In this document: positions 29,901 through 38,938 of the stretch, one piece after another
Layout of the letters: each line of letters starts with the position of its first letter
Numbering within the stretch: the stretch's first letter is position 1
Source of the DNA: a virus
Taxonomy: Duplodnaviria > Caudoviricetes
Strand: one strand, 5' to 3'
DNA: 64,000 nt
IMG/VR virus record: IMGVR_UViG_3300028864_000017
Position numbers and translations under genes: made by a program
Notes under the pieces: generated by a model
What the model saw: only the letters and a program-made list of their open reading frames with translations
Told to the model about the DNA's origin: nothing
Databases searched by the model: none

Positions 29901-30155
29901 TATTCTGATAAAAGTGGAGTTAAATTGATAAATTCTAATAGCAAATTTACATTACCTATTAAATTTTTATTTAAATTATCAGGAGGAACAAGTGATTCAA
30001 TATCATTTCCTACAAATTTATCTACATCTCCATCAGTTACAAAAAAACTCAGAATCTTTATTGAATCTGAAAGCTTAAATAGACCATTTGAATTTGAAAT
30101 AGTGTTTAAGATATTTAGAAACAGAACATCATCAGTAAGAAGTATTGGATCTTAA
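26973..30155 (+). CDS. large putative virion structural protein (coiled coil + FN3-like segment)
   Basis: S/T/N-rich beta composition, central coiled coil, VEIKIKSISEVG..SDWS FN3-like strand; TATATATA upstream. Confidence 0.65.
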   Translation: MINQQNSFVSLAEQLAVLNKNSVEVMTKLNDVVASRNSVVNVNLMNTDGTTSSYQFPTVGQLKNELDIANRNIQKLAGLSDSTAYVSDGTTMRRIYVDDLNSEPSPIDSLDSIKKFTSINNSFFESLYNPMLAIELDLTDRIDQKVKKVLSRRYIIKFQTDQYGNLTSDGSNSKSDFETKFLNRNDVFIDDLTSWYTNIKNTGVFHSNQPYDEQVFDLDYDKLQYYGIFDVVGIDNDTINSKMWYVLGSITYYDYTGNTRQLSVGDELIINKKDSSTLWTIKEVSTAKSNYRVILERLEGLEPVPILSQGLKIYSPVLPEKTIKISIGYDEYNVVFIKPINTDSNVISSTWSYGTSFYSNNLVLDTNSTVSMTKFYSDTVFDYGSILKDLISKNIPSKFGITPNVPTLVSSNFKVLQINTHLTDTADSAKIQNLNTQKVSIKSQLEQLSDAIVEQNKELSTKQYKSTSDKQASQNQLNTLISQQSSLTKSYTSIVSQITAENTGSISSVTAKFRVRGFWSIPEPIIINTVGEQQKQEVVQFIVQYRYKATGGSEPTTEGFNLNLTETIYTNSTSTGDITDQTKAYLNPSITTQNVTETGYFSNWNQYMTDARTRTYNRALDVWTWDVENVSDANSPKVNQLDISLHPNETVEIKIKSISEVGFPDSLIVSDWSDVMTIDFPTDLSQVGNENSTILQSAQNEQIYSQIESDFNAKGLTTHLQQSYYVNDLYVAHTDVNVGTSFKDSSGNIIMLNDYLKLLTDKITALEEIVSNAKGELSISLYKNSTNVTIENGASIIQNITCEDYAELSGTTTRTYYNNIYSSDDFYIQFGNVSQSAQLGLLSYRKYVPTVNGDNRFYNTQYSNGSLATYIDSEDMLRTQVDNQFIWISDVSGTNAIYNSGKTYNSNGLGQVLYSKNWNVGLTGTTTPNSGGTYSTPINIFNDVNWTGVTWSADNDYQTDFPVTIHPHIDNISDYVYSDKSGVKLINSNSKFTLPIKFLFKLSGGTSDSISFPTNLSTSPSVTKKLRIFIESESLNRPFEFEIVFKIFRNRTSSVRSIGS

Positions 30156-30176
30156 AAAATATAATAAAATATAATA

Positions 30177-33100
30177 ATGATAAATAACAGTTTTCAATTA
30201 TTAAGAACTAATCCCGCACTAACAACTAACATAAAATTAGTTGTTAGTTCTGATTATAAACTATACTTAGAATCATTTGATACTAATACTCAATTATCTA
30301 ATCAAAAATATAAACATTATTCAGTTGCTAAAAATAAACTATACGAAAATCAAATAGTTAATTATTATGATGGTTTGTCATCACAATTAGCATTTGATGT
30401 TAAATATGATTCTGATGTTACTAATGTATTCACTAAATATAATCAACAATTCGATGATATTTATTGGAGTGGAGCAAAATCAGTAGAAGATAATTGGTAT
30501 AATGAAGATTTTGAGTATTTAGCACCTTTATTTATAAGAAAAGAAAATTTACCAGATGGTTTTATTATTTTAAGAGTCGATGGCGCTGCACCTTATGAAA
30601 ATGAAGATGACGATTTAGGTTCAAGTAAATTAAATAAAGATAACTTTCATACTCAAATAGTTGATAAATGGAAATGTGTATCTGTAATTGATATGAGGTA
30701 TAATACTGATTTTGGGTTATTTTTATATACTAATTTCACAAACAATGCATCATTTCCAGAAAGATCATTTGATTTAGATTTTAGACAATATGAGTATTCT
30801 AAATTTTATGGAATTGATTATAATAATGGTAGTTATGTAAACAAATCGAATTTTTTACAATCAATACTAAAATATGAACAGCCACATTTTAAGCTTGAAC
30901 ATGAAATCATTAAATCTTTTGAAAATAATAATTTAATATTTCCGCATATTTTAAATCTGAAGTTTTTATTTGATGATGTTCCTGCTAATCCAGTTAATAT
31001 AAATAATTATTCTATAAATAGATATTATGGTTTTTACGCTGATAAATTAGAATTAGTAACAAATTTAACATCATATATTACTCCTGAACTAAAAAGTGGA
31101 TTTACATTAAAAAATAATATCTTCGGATATATGTCAGGTGATAAATTTGTAGAAAGTAATGAATCTCCTTTTATTGAAGGATTTTTTTTAGATAAAACCT
31201 ATTGGATTCAACTTACAAATTCAGATTATGATAATGAATTTTATAACGTCATAAGAGTAAATAATAATGGAAAAAATACATATAGAATTGTCAGTGATAT
31301 AGATTTGAGTGGATATACATTCAATGTTTCTAATGATAGAACTTGTTACATTAATTATACTAACGGATTTAATTATAATTGTAAAATTATTAATAATCCT
31401 TCTGGTATAACTAATCATATATCTGGATATACATCAAATTTTAATATTGATCCATATTATTCAGGAGAAACAACAGAATCAATGTATGGAGATTTATATC
31501 TAATACAAATAGACGGGATTTATCATGTATTAAAGAATAAAAATGGAGCTTATTTTATACAAAGTGATTATGCAATAAATTCATATTCAACAGGTTTAGA
31601 ATATTGGAAAGGTGGAAAAGATAGTATATATTATACCAAGAAAGAAATATATAAATATGGAAATAAACCAATAGTTTATCCTGTTTATAGAATAAAATTC
31701 AGCGACATTAAAGATTTTGATTTTAATAGGGTAAATTCTCATTTTGCAGATTTCGATTATGAGAAAGATACATATACGTCAACAGATGAACAAAAATTAT
31801 ATGCTGTTGATTATACTGATACATCATCATTAACTAAAAAAAATATGACTCATTCAAGAGGAGAAGATGGACAATACCAAGTAATGAATGTTTCATCTGA
31901 ATATGTTTCAGATGATGAACTTTATGAAATATCATTTAACAATTTAACTGAAATATGGAGAAAAAATCCATCAGTAGTAAAATGGGGATTTGCTGGATCA
32001 AATTCTAATTGTGATTATCCTTATAAATTAAACAATTCAATTAATATTGGAGATACTTTTAATTCTACTTGTAATGTGTTTAGTTTAATGCCAACTGAGG
32101 TAGAAAAAAACTTAGACTATTTTTATAGAATAGGAAATTTTTTCTCAGGAACTACTGATAATATTGTAAAATATTTAAATCAAACTACTAATATTGAAGT
32201 TGATTTTATGGAAATTTATAGTAAAAAATTTAACTTAGAATTATATTTAAATTCTGATATTGACTATTTTGATTATTTTTTCAAAAATAAGTCAAATTTC
32301 ACTATTGATGATATTGATTATGTTAAACAAACATTAAAATATTCTACTTTTCAATCTGGTGATAACTATACTGCATCCAATACATTATTTAAAGGATTAA
32401 ATATTAATGCGTTAAATGTATCAAATGTATCAAGAGATATCAACGGAAGAATAATAAACATAGTTGCTGATAATAGTAAAAATTTCAATAATTATAAATT
32501 TTCAATTATTCTAAATGATGTTTATGAATATTATGTTGATGGATCATATGATTCAACTTATGAAAACGGATTATCTAATAATAAAGTAATAGATAAAACA
32601 TCAAATTCCATCCATGTTATTTTAAATGAAAAATTTAAGAATTTTTTAATAGTTATTAATGTTAAAATTCCAATACAAAAAAAATATGTAAATATAAATA
32701 ATGTTGCTATTTTTGGAGAAAAATTTGGATTATATAATTCTAAAACATTAGATGGACATAGTTTATCATATCCTGCAACCAATGTTAATGATTTTGATTC
32801 ATCTTTAATTGTAGCTTCTAATATATTTGATGCATTTGATGATATGAATACATTATCTGAATTTGATTCTGGTATAACATACTACTATGTTAATTCAATT
32901 GGACAATCTGGATATACACATCCAATGAATATCACAGGAGGTACAATGAAAAATGTATCAGATTGGACTAAAAATTATCCACCTTTTATTTTTACATTTA
33001 ATGATCCAAAATTATTAGAAACAAATCAAAACTCTTATATTAAAAGTTCAATAAAAGGACCATCAGTTAATATTTATGATAAATATCAAATTTATTATGA

Positions 33101-33614
33101 CAATAATAAAAAACAAAAATATAATGTAACAGATCCTTTAGCAAGATCAATGTATCTAAATAATAATGAAACTATAATGAATACATCAAATGGAGTATCA
33201 TCAACGAATTCAATATATAGATATAACGGATCATACGAACCAATATTCAATAATGTGTCAATATTTAATAATGTATCTTTATATTTATCTGGTGATACTA
33301 TAAAATCATGGAATTCAAATTATAAATTTGATACAACATATGAAAATTTTGGAAGAATAGAAGAGTTGATGTATTCAAAAATAAATCCTATATCATCGCC
33401 ATTAAAATTGAAAAATACTGATACTGATTTATCAATTTACCCAATGGTGGATGAATTCGGTTATGAGTTCAGTTCAAGATTTATATTTAATTCATCTTGG
33501 GATAAAGATTTTTATGTTATTACTAATAGTGATCAAAATATGAATAATAATATATTTTCTAATTATTCTCATGTGGAATATATAATAGATCCTATAAAAA
33601 CTATAAATGATTAA
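30177..33614 (+). CDS. large putative virion structural protein
   Basis: 1145 aa, N/Y/S/T-rich, cotranscribed with 26973. Confidence 0.6.
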   Translation: MINNSFQLLRTNPALTTNIKLVVSSDYKLYLESFDTNTQLSNQKYKHYSVAKNKLYENQIVNYYDGLSSQLAFDVKYDSDVTNVFTKYNQQFDDIYWSGAKSVEDNWYNEDFEYLAPLFIRKENLPDGFIILRVDGAAPYENEDDDLGSSKLNKDNFHTQIVDKWKCVSVIDMRYNTDFGLFLYTNFTNNASFPERSFDLDFRQYEYSKFYGIDYNNGSYVNKSNFLQSILKYEQPHFKLEHEIIKSFENNNLIFPHILNLKFLFDDVPANPVNINNYSINRYYGFYADKLELVTNLTSYITPELKSGFTLKNNIFGYMSGDKFVESNESPFIEGFFLDKTYWIQLTNSDYDNEFYNVIRVNNNGKNTYRIVSDIDLSGYTFNVSNDRTCYINYTNGFNYNCKIINNPSGITNHISGYTSNFNIDPYYSGETTESMYGDLYLIQIDGIYHVLKNKNGAYFIQSDYAINSYSTGLEYWKGGKDSIYYTKKEIYKYGNKPIVYPVYRIKFSDIKDFDFNRVNSHFADFDYEKDTYTSTDEQKLYAVDYTDTSSLTKKNMTHSRGEDGQYQVMNVSSEYVSDDELYEISFNNLTEIWRKNPSVVKWGFAGSNSNCDYPYKLNNSINIGDTFNSTCNVFSLMPTEVEKNLDYFYRIGNFFSGTTDNIVKYLNQTTNIEVDFMEIYSKKFNLELYLNSDIDYFDYFFKNKSNFTIDDIDYVKQTLKYSTFQSGDNYTASNTLFKGLNINALNVSNVSRDINGRIINIVADNSKNFNNYKFSIILNDVYEYYVDGSYDSTYENGLSNNKVIDKTSNSIHVILNEKFKNFLIVINVKIPIQKKYVNINNVAIFGEKFGLYNSKTLDGHSLSYPATNVNDFDSSLIVASNIFDAFDDMNTLSEFDSGITYYYVNSIGQSGYTHPMNITGGTMKNVSDWTKNYPPFIFTFNDPKLLETNQNSYIKSSIKGPSVNIYDKYQIYYDNNKKQKYNVTDPLARSMYLNNNETIMNTSNGVSSTNSIYRYNGSYEPIFNNVSIFNNVSLYLSGDTIKSWNSNYKFDTTYENFGRIEELMYSKINPISSPLKLKNTDTDLSIYPMVDEFGYEFSSRFIFNSSWDKDFYVITNSDQNMNNNIFSNYSHVEYIIDPIKTIND

Positions 33615-33940
33615 TGAAAAATATTAAGCAATTCGAATCTTATCTATATGAATCTGAGAGTTATTGGCTTTTACCAACTGATGATAGATTTAAAAAATCT
33701 CTAATTCAAATAAAATGTGATAGAGACAAAATGAAAGAATTTTTGAATAATAGTAGAATACGAAATATGAAATATGTATTTATTTGTTATAAGCCATATT
33801 CACTTAACGAATGGGGTTGGAATCCATATAATGGTAAAATGACTAATGATTCATTTGAATCTGATAATTATCAATTTATGGGCACTGTAAATATAGATTT
33901 AAATGATGTAGAAATAGCAGTAAATAAATTTAACTTATAA
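33614..33940 (+). CDS. paralogue 1 of YWL(L/I/V)PTD family, leader/KFNL tail
   Basis: MKNIKQFE..YWLLPTDDRFKKSL..WGWN..VNKFNL*. Confidence 0.8.
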   Translation: MKNIKQFESYLYESESYWLLPTDDRFKKSLIQIKCDRDKMKEFLNNSRIRNMKYVFICYKPYSLNEWGWNPYNGKMTNDSFESDNYQFMGTVNIDLNDVEIAVNKFNL

Positions 33941-34281
33941 TGAAATATATTAAAAAATTTGAAAAATATAGTCAAAAAATGTATTGGCTAATACCAACAG
34001 ATAAAAGATTTAAAAAATCACTAAAACAATTGAATTTCTCTATTGAAAAAATAAAAGGTTTTTCAAATAGCAAAGAAATAAAAAAACATAATTATATATT
34101 TGTAGGTTATAATCCAAATCTAAATTCAAATAATAATAATAATATTGATGATTATAATTGGGGCTGGAATAGATACAGAGGTAAGCCAACTGAAGATTAT
34201 TATGAAGATAATAATTATAAATTTATGGGTAATATAAACATAGATGAATCTGAATTCGCCGCAAATAAATTTAACTTATAA
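33940..34281 (+). CDS. paralogue 2 of YWLxPTD family
   Basis: MKYIKKFE..YWLIPTDKRFKKSL..ANKFNL*. Confidence 0.8.
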   Translation: MKYIKKFEKYSQKMYWLIPTDKRFKKSLKQLNFSIEKIKGFSNSKEIKKHNYIFVGYNPNLNSNNNNNIDDYNWGWNRYRGKPTEDYYEDNNYKFMGNINIDESEFAANKFNL

Positions 34282-34616
34282 TGAAATATATTAAAAAATT
34301 CGAAAATAAAAGAAATTCTAAAAGGAAATATTGGTTACTTCCAACTGATGATAGATTTGTAAAATCATTAAAACAAATAAATTGTACAGATAGAAAAATA
34401 AGGGGATTTTTAGATAGTAGCAGCTTAAAAGAATGTAAATATATATTTGTTGGATATGACAATTCTAATAACAATTTTAATGTGGATGATAAATGGGGTT
34501 GGAATGAATATAAAAATAAATTGACTGATAATTATTATGAAGATAATAATTATAAATTTATGGGTATTGTAAATATAGATGATTCAGAATTAGCAGCAAA
34601 TAAATTTAATATATAA
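34281..34616 (+). CDS. paralogue 3 of YWLxPTD family
   Basis: MKYIKKFE..YWLLPTDDRFVKSL..ANKFNI*. Confidence 0.8.
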   Translation: MKYIKKFENKRNSKRKYWLLPTDDRFVKSLKQINCTDRKIRGFLDSSSLKECKYIFVGYDNSNNNFNVDDKWGWNEYKNKLTDNYYEDNNYKFMGIVNIDDSELAANKFNI

Positions 34617-34619
34617 AAT

Positions 34620-34967
34620 ATGAAATATTTAAAATTCTTTGAAGATGATTTATATGATGATACAATATATTGGTTAGTTCCAACAGATAAAAGATTCAAA
34701 AATTCTCTAAAACAAATAAGTTGTCCTAAAGACAGAATTCAAAATTATGTTAAGTATGCATTGGAAAATGTATTAACAATAAAAGATTATAGAAGAAATT
34801 ATATGTATATTGTTTATCATCCAGAATATGAACCTCTTAAAAAATGGGGATATGAGTACTATGATGAAGGTATAAATGACAAATGGATGGATAAAAAAGG
34901 TTATAAATTCGGCGGTATAATAAACATAGATGAATCTGAGTTAGTTGCTAATAAATTCAACATATAA
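34620..34967 (+). CDS. paralogue 4 of YWLxPTD family
   Basis: MKYLKFFE..YWLVPTDKRFKNSL..ANKFNI*. Confidence 0.8.
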   Translation: MKYLKFFEDDLYDDTIYWLVPTDKRFKNSLKQISCPKDRIQNYVKYALENVLTIKDYRRNYMYIVYHPEYEPLKKWGYEYYDEGINDKWMDKKGYKFGGIINIDESELVANKFNI

Positions 34968-34983
34968 AAAAAATTAAAAAATA

Positions 34984-35718
34984 GTGAAAAGTAACTTAAT
35001 ATTAAAAAAATTTTCAGTTAACTCTGTTCCTGGTACAATGAATCAAACAGAATTGAGAACTTTTTTTGGTGGTAAAATAATTTATACAGAAGATAAAATT
35101 TCTATTAATGATGATGCTATAAAATTTAGTCAGATAGTTAATGACACAACCAATGGAAATAATGGTTATCAATACTATGATATTAATACAATACCTGATG
35201 GATGGGAAGTTAATTATAATGAAAATCTATCAGATTTAAAAGAAAATAATCAAATAATATCGCCATATAGTCAAACTGAATCAGATAAGAATAATAATAC
35301 AAGATGGCAGATAAATATAAATGGTTCTCAAATATTAAAAGATTATTTATTTTTTAAAATTAAAGAACAAAGAGTATTTAAAATTATAAGACAAGATGAT
35401 ATATATTCAAATGATATAAATAATGCTATCTATGAATATATAAATAGTAATATTTTTAGTAGATATAGACTAGATACTATACAATTTTACGTTAACTATT
35501 ATAGCATAGCAGATCAAACAATTTATAATAATATCATTTTACAATATAATCCAAAATTTAATCCTGATGTATATAAACCTGAAAATTTGACAAATATAAG
35601 TGTTCAAGGTTATGATCCATATAATTTTAATAATATAACTCTTTTATATAATCAAAATAAAACTTCTAATCAATATAATTTTGAATATTATTTTGATCTT
35701 AATTTCACAAAAATTTAA
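34984..35718 (+). CDS. hypothetical, probably virion-associated protein (GTG start)
   Basis: ORF track; N/Y-rich like the structural genes. Confidence 0.6.
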   Translation: MKSNLILKKFSVNSVPGTMNQTELRTFFGGKIIYTEDKISINDDAIKFSQIVNDTTNGNNGYQYYDINTIPDGWEVNYNENLSDLKENNQIISPYSQTESDKNNNTRWQININGSQILKDYLFFKIKEQRVFKIIRQDDIYSNDINNAIYEYINSNIFSRYRLDTIQFYVNYYSIADQTIYNNIILQYNPKFNPDVYKPENLTNISVQGYDPYNFNNITLLYNQNKTSNQYNFEYYFDLNFTKI

Positions 35719-35744
35719 ACTATACTAGTTATTTATAATACATA
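35716..35744 (+). promoter_or_regulatory. putative phage promoter TAAACT-N17-TACATA
   Basis: exact 17-nt spacer upstream of uvsY-like gene. Confidence 0.55.
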
Positions 35745-35766
35745 AAAATAAAATAAAGTAATAACT

Positions 35767-36225
35767 ATGTCTGAAAACGAAGATTTAGATTCACGTCAAA
35801 AGTTACAAAAAAAGATGTTAGAATCTACTAAACAATGGATTGCTATTGTAAATAAATTAACTGGTAGATTAATTCATGATGATTTGAAAAATATTGCAGA
35901 TATTCAAGCTGAAGCAATAAGTCAAAGACAAATGGTAGTTGAAGAAATAAAAAATTATAGTGTTAAAATACATAAACTTGTTCAAAAAACAAAGGTATTA
36001 ACAAAAGCTAAATTTGAATTCTACGCAACATCATATCAAGTTAAAACTTCTGGAACTGAAAAATTGAGATTAATTGAAGCAGATTTATCTGAACATCAAT
36101 GTTTTATAAATGAATTAGATGAACATGTTAATTTTTTAAGAGATACATCTAAAAATTTAGAATCAATAAACTATTCTGTTAAAGCTAAAATTGAACTTGC
36201 AAATATACTAGGAGGATATAAATAA
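35767..36225 (+). CDS. uvsY: UvsY-like recombination mediator
   Basis: helical 152 aa with LIEADL..FL....K.....VKAKIELANILGG C-terminus; lies just upstream of uvsW as in T4-like phages. Confidence 0.65.
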   Translation: MSENEDLDSRQKLQKKMLESTKQWIAIVNKLTGRLIHDDLKNIADIQAEAISQRQMVVEEIKNYSVKIHKLVQKTKVLTKAKFEFYATSYQVKTSGTEKLRLIEADLSEHQCFINELDEHVNFLRDTSKNLESINYSVKAKIELANILGGYK

Positions 36226-36464
36226 TGTTAATCAATGAAGAATTAAAAACCTATGGAATTAAATCAGCTTCTATGATATCAGAAGGAATATTTAAACCAA
36301 GAATTATTATAAAACATTTAGATAACTCTGTATATAGTTATTATGTAAATGAAGAAATAATATCTATTGAATTATTAAATGATATAATTAATAAACATAT
36401 TAATACTGTTTGTATAAAAAAAATCAGAATTAATAAATTAAATGAAATAGATGAAAATAGATGA
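36225..36464 (+). CDS. hypothetical protein, RxxKL tail
   Basis: IRINKLNEI. Confidence 0.65.
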   Translation: MLINEELKTYGIKSASMISEGIFKPRIIIKHLDNSVYSYYVNEEIISIELLNDIINKHINTVCIKKIRINKLNEIDENR

Positions 36465-36636
36465 ATTAGCATATAAAATATTCCTTGATGAATTTTATGC
36501 TAAATTTGATTTCAAATCAAAAATTTATGGGGATTATAATTTTTTTTTAAAAAATAAAAAAAGTTATAAAAAATATTATATAAAAGCAAATTCTATCATA
36601 AGAAAAGAAAAATTAAAGGCACTAAATGAAATTTAA
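36451..36636 (+). CDS. hypothetical protein, RxxKL tail
   Basis: IRKEKLKAL. Confidence 0.65.
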   Translation: MKIDELAYKIFLDEFYAKFDFKSKIYGDYNFFLKNKKSYKKYYIKANSIIRKEKLKALNEI

Positions 36637-38182
36637 ACTAAATAAAGATAATTCAAAATTAATTTTAACTGAATCAACCAAAGGAGAATATAATCAACTT
36701 AAACTATATTTAACAAGAAAAGTTAATAATTATCGTTTTATGAAAAGATTCAAACTCGGTGTTTGGAATGGCGATATAAGCTACTTTTCAGACGGAGTAA
36801 TTAACTTTGGCTTATGGGGTGAAATATATAAATGCTGTAAAGAGTATGGTTACAAATTTATAATAGAAAATCAAGACCAATTTCCACGTAATAAAGATAT
36901 ATCAAAAGATAATTTACAAGAATTTATTGAGGATTTTTATAAAGATCATAAAACTCCTGATGGTAAATCATTTATGCCTTATGAGCATCAAGTAGATGCC
37001 ATATATCAATTACTCAAACATCAATATGGGTTAATTGAAATCGCAACTGCTGGAGGTAAATCATTAGTATTTGGTACTCTACTTTTTTATTACTTAAAAA
37101 ACGTAAATCAAAAAGCGAAAGTTCTATTGATTGTTCCAAGTATAAGTTTAGTTACACAATTTTATAATGATTTGAATGACTATAACTACGGTTTCAATAA
37201 TGATAATAAAACTCCATTAGATATTCGTATAGATGAAGTAATGAGTGATAAACCAAGAAAATATAGAGAAGGTGAAAAATTACCTAATGTATATATTGGT
37301 ACTTATCAATCTCTTGAAAAATATCCAAAAGAGTGGTTTTCACAATTTGAAATAGTCGCCTGTGATGAGGCTCATACAGCTAAGGCTGTTACCATTCAAA
37401 CTATTTTAACAAAAACTTTTGGAACTGCTAAATTTAGATTTGGTATGAGTGGTTCTTATCCATCTGATGCTTCAGTTGAAATATTAACTATTCAATCATT
37501 ATTGGGTCCAAAATTATTAAATATTAGTGCAAGAAAGTTAATTGATAAAGGATTAATTTCTGATCTTAAAATAAAAGTTATTATGTTACATCATGATAAT
37601 CATAAGTTTGCAGAAGGAGTTAATAGTATTAAAAAGTCAAATGGACAGCAAGCTTGGACGTTGGAAAGAGAATACATACACAATTCAGCTAAAAGAATGA
37701 CATTCATTAAAAACTTAGTAGATAAATTCAAATCAAATTCACTTATATTATTTCATACTATTGTATATGGTACAGAATTATATAATCACATTAAAGATAA
37801 TTGTATTGGAAAGGATGTATTCTATATGGATGGTGGCACATCTACTGAGAAAAGAGAATATATTAAGAAAAAACTAGAAGATACATCAGGTAATCCTAAA
37901 ATACTCATAGCATCATTCGGTGTATTTTCAACAGGTGTTTCTGTGAAAGCAATTGCTAATATTATCTTTGCAGATTCTTACAAAGAACCTAAAATAATAC
38001 GTCAGGCAATTGGTAGAGGATTGAGATTACATAAAGAAAAGTCAAAACTAATAGTGTTTGATTTGGTTGATATTTTTCATCCTGATTATAAAACAATATT
38101 GTGGAAACAATATGAATCAAGAAGAGATGAAGTATATAAATTACAACAATATCCATATGACGAATTAAAGATTAAACTATAA
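36626..38182 (+). CDS. uvsW: UvsW-like SF2 DNA helicase
   Basis: WNGDISYF, PYEHQ, ATAGGKS (Walker A), DEAH, GMSGS, ASFGVFSTGVS, QAIGRGLR. Confidence 0.92.
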   Translation: MKFKLNKDNSKLILTESTKGEYNQLKLYLTRKVNNYRFMKRFKLGVWNGDISYFSDGVINFGLWGEIYKCCKEYGYKFIIENQDQFPRNKDISKDNLQEFIEDFYKDHKTPDGKSFMPYEHQVDAIYQLLKHQYGLIEIATAGGKSLVFGTLLFYYLKNVNQKAKVLLIVPSISLVTQFYNDLNDYNYGFNNDNKTPLDIRIDEVMSDKPRKYREGEKLPNVYIGTYQSLEKYPKEWFSQFEIVACDEAHTAKAVTIQTILTKTFGTAKFRFGMSGSYPSDASVEILTIQSLLGPKLLNISARKLIDKGLISDLKIKVIMLHHDNHKFAEGVNSIKKSNGQQAWTLEREYIHNSAKRMTFIKNLVDKFKSNSLILFHTIVYGTELYNHIKDNCIGKDVFYMDGGTSTEKREYIKKKLEDTSGNPKILIASFGVFSTGVSVKAIANIIFADSYKEPKIIRQAIGRGLRLHKEKSKLIVFDLVDIFHPDYKTILWKQYESRRDEVYKLQQYPYDELKIKL

Positions 38183-38208
38183 ACTTTATTTAAAAAATTA
38201 TATATATA
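38180..38208 (+). promoter_or_regulatory. putative phage promoter TAAACT-N17-TATATA
   Basis: exact 17-nt spacer. Confidence 0.5.
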
Positions 38209-38257
38209 TTACTTATGAAAATTAATTTACATTCTCCGCCAATCATCATCATTAACG

Positions 38258-38479
38258 ATGATGAAAACAATATCTAAAACTCGACTTTGGAGAGTCGAAA
38301 TCGTAAACCGTAATGGTTACGAAGCTCCATCAATATTGATTGAAGCTAAATTAACTGAAGTACACAAAGATGTACAAAAATTAAACTTAAGATTATTAGA
38401 TTTTCCTAACAAATGGAGTTATCATTTGATTGATCTTGAAAAAAGATTTGATGACAGAAAGGGTAAATGGGTAGATTAA
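38258..38479 (+). CDS. small hypothetical protein with structured 5' mRNA
   Basis: 73 aa; own promoter and terminator; hairpins at 38243-38322. Confidence 0.65.
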   Translation: MMKTISKTRLWRVEIVNRNGYEAPSILIEAKLTEVHKDVQKLNLRLLDFPNKWSYHLIDLEKRFDDRKGKWVD

Positions 38480-38482
38480 AAT

Positions 38483-38512
38483 AAAAAAGACTGTCAATTG
38501 ACAGTCTTTTTT
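38483..38512. terminator. bidirectional intrinsic terminator
   Basis: A6 gactgtc-aatt-gacagtc T6. Confidence 0.85.
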
Positions 38513-38936
38513 ATATATTGAATTTATCAGATGATTTTTTTATTAGGAAGTTATCATAATTTTCTTTTGTTAATTTTTCAATACAATTTGGAATATCTTT
38601 TTCTGTTATATCAAAATAAATATAATTAAGATTAATATCGACATCAAAAATTTCATAAATAAAATCAACAAGATTTTCATTCTCATTTAAATTTGCATGA
38701 TACACATTAATTTTAATAAACTGTAAATTCATAGTTCTCATTTTATATGAATCAATAGTCAATAATCTAAGATTATTGAAATTATTATTTATTGATATAA
38801 ATCTTCCGTTTTTTTCATAATAACATTTTAAATTATAATCAATTGAATTAATAAAATTAACTAATGATTCTGCTAATTTAATAGTAGGACTTGTTTTTTT
38901 ACTAAAAAAATCTAAAAAACTTTCATACATCATCAT
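38511..38936 (-). CDS. leader/KFNI-tail class protein (paralogue of 38939-39352)
   Basis: MMMYESFL..IEKLTKENYDNF..SDKFNI*. Confidence 0.8.
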   Translation of the reverse strand: MMMYESFLDFFSKKTSPTIKLAESLVNFINSIDYNLKCYYEKNGRFISINNNFNNLRLLTIDSYKMRTMNLQFIKINVYHANLNENENLVDFIYEIFDVDINLNYIYFDITEKDIPNCIEKLTKENYDNFLIKKSSDKFNI

Positions 38937-38938
38937 AA

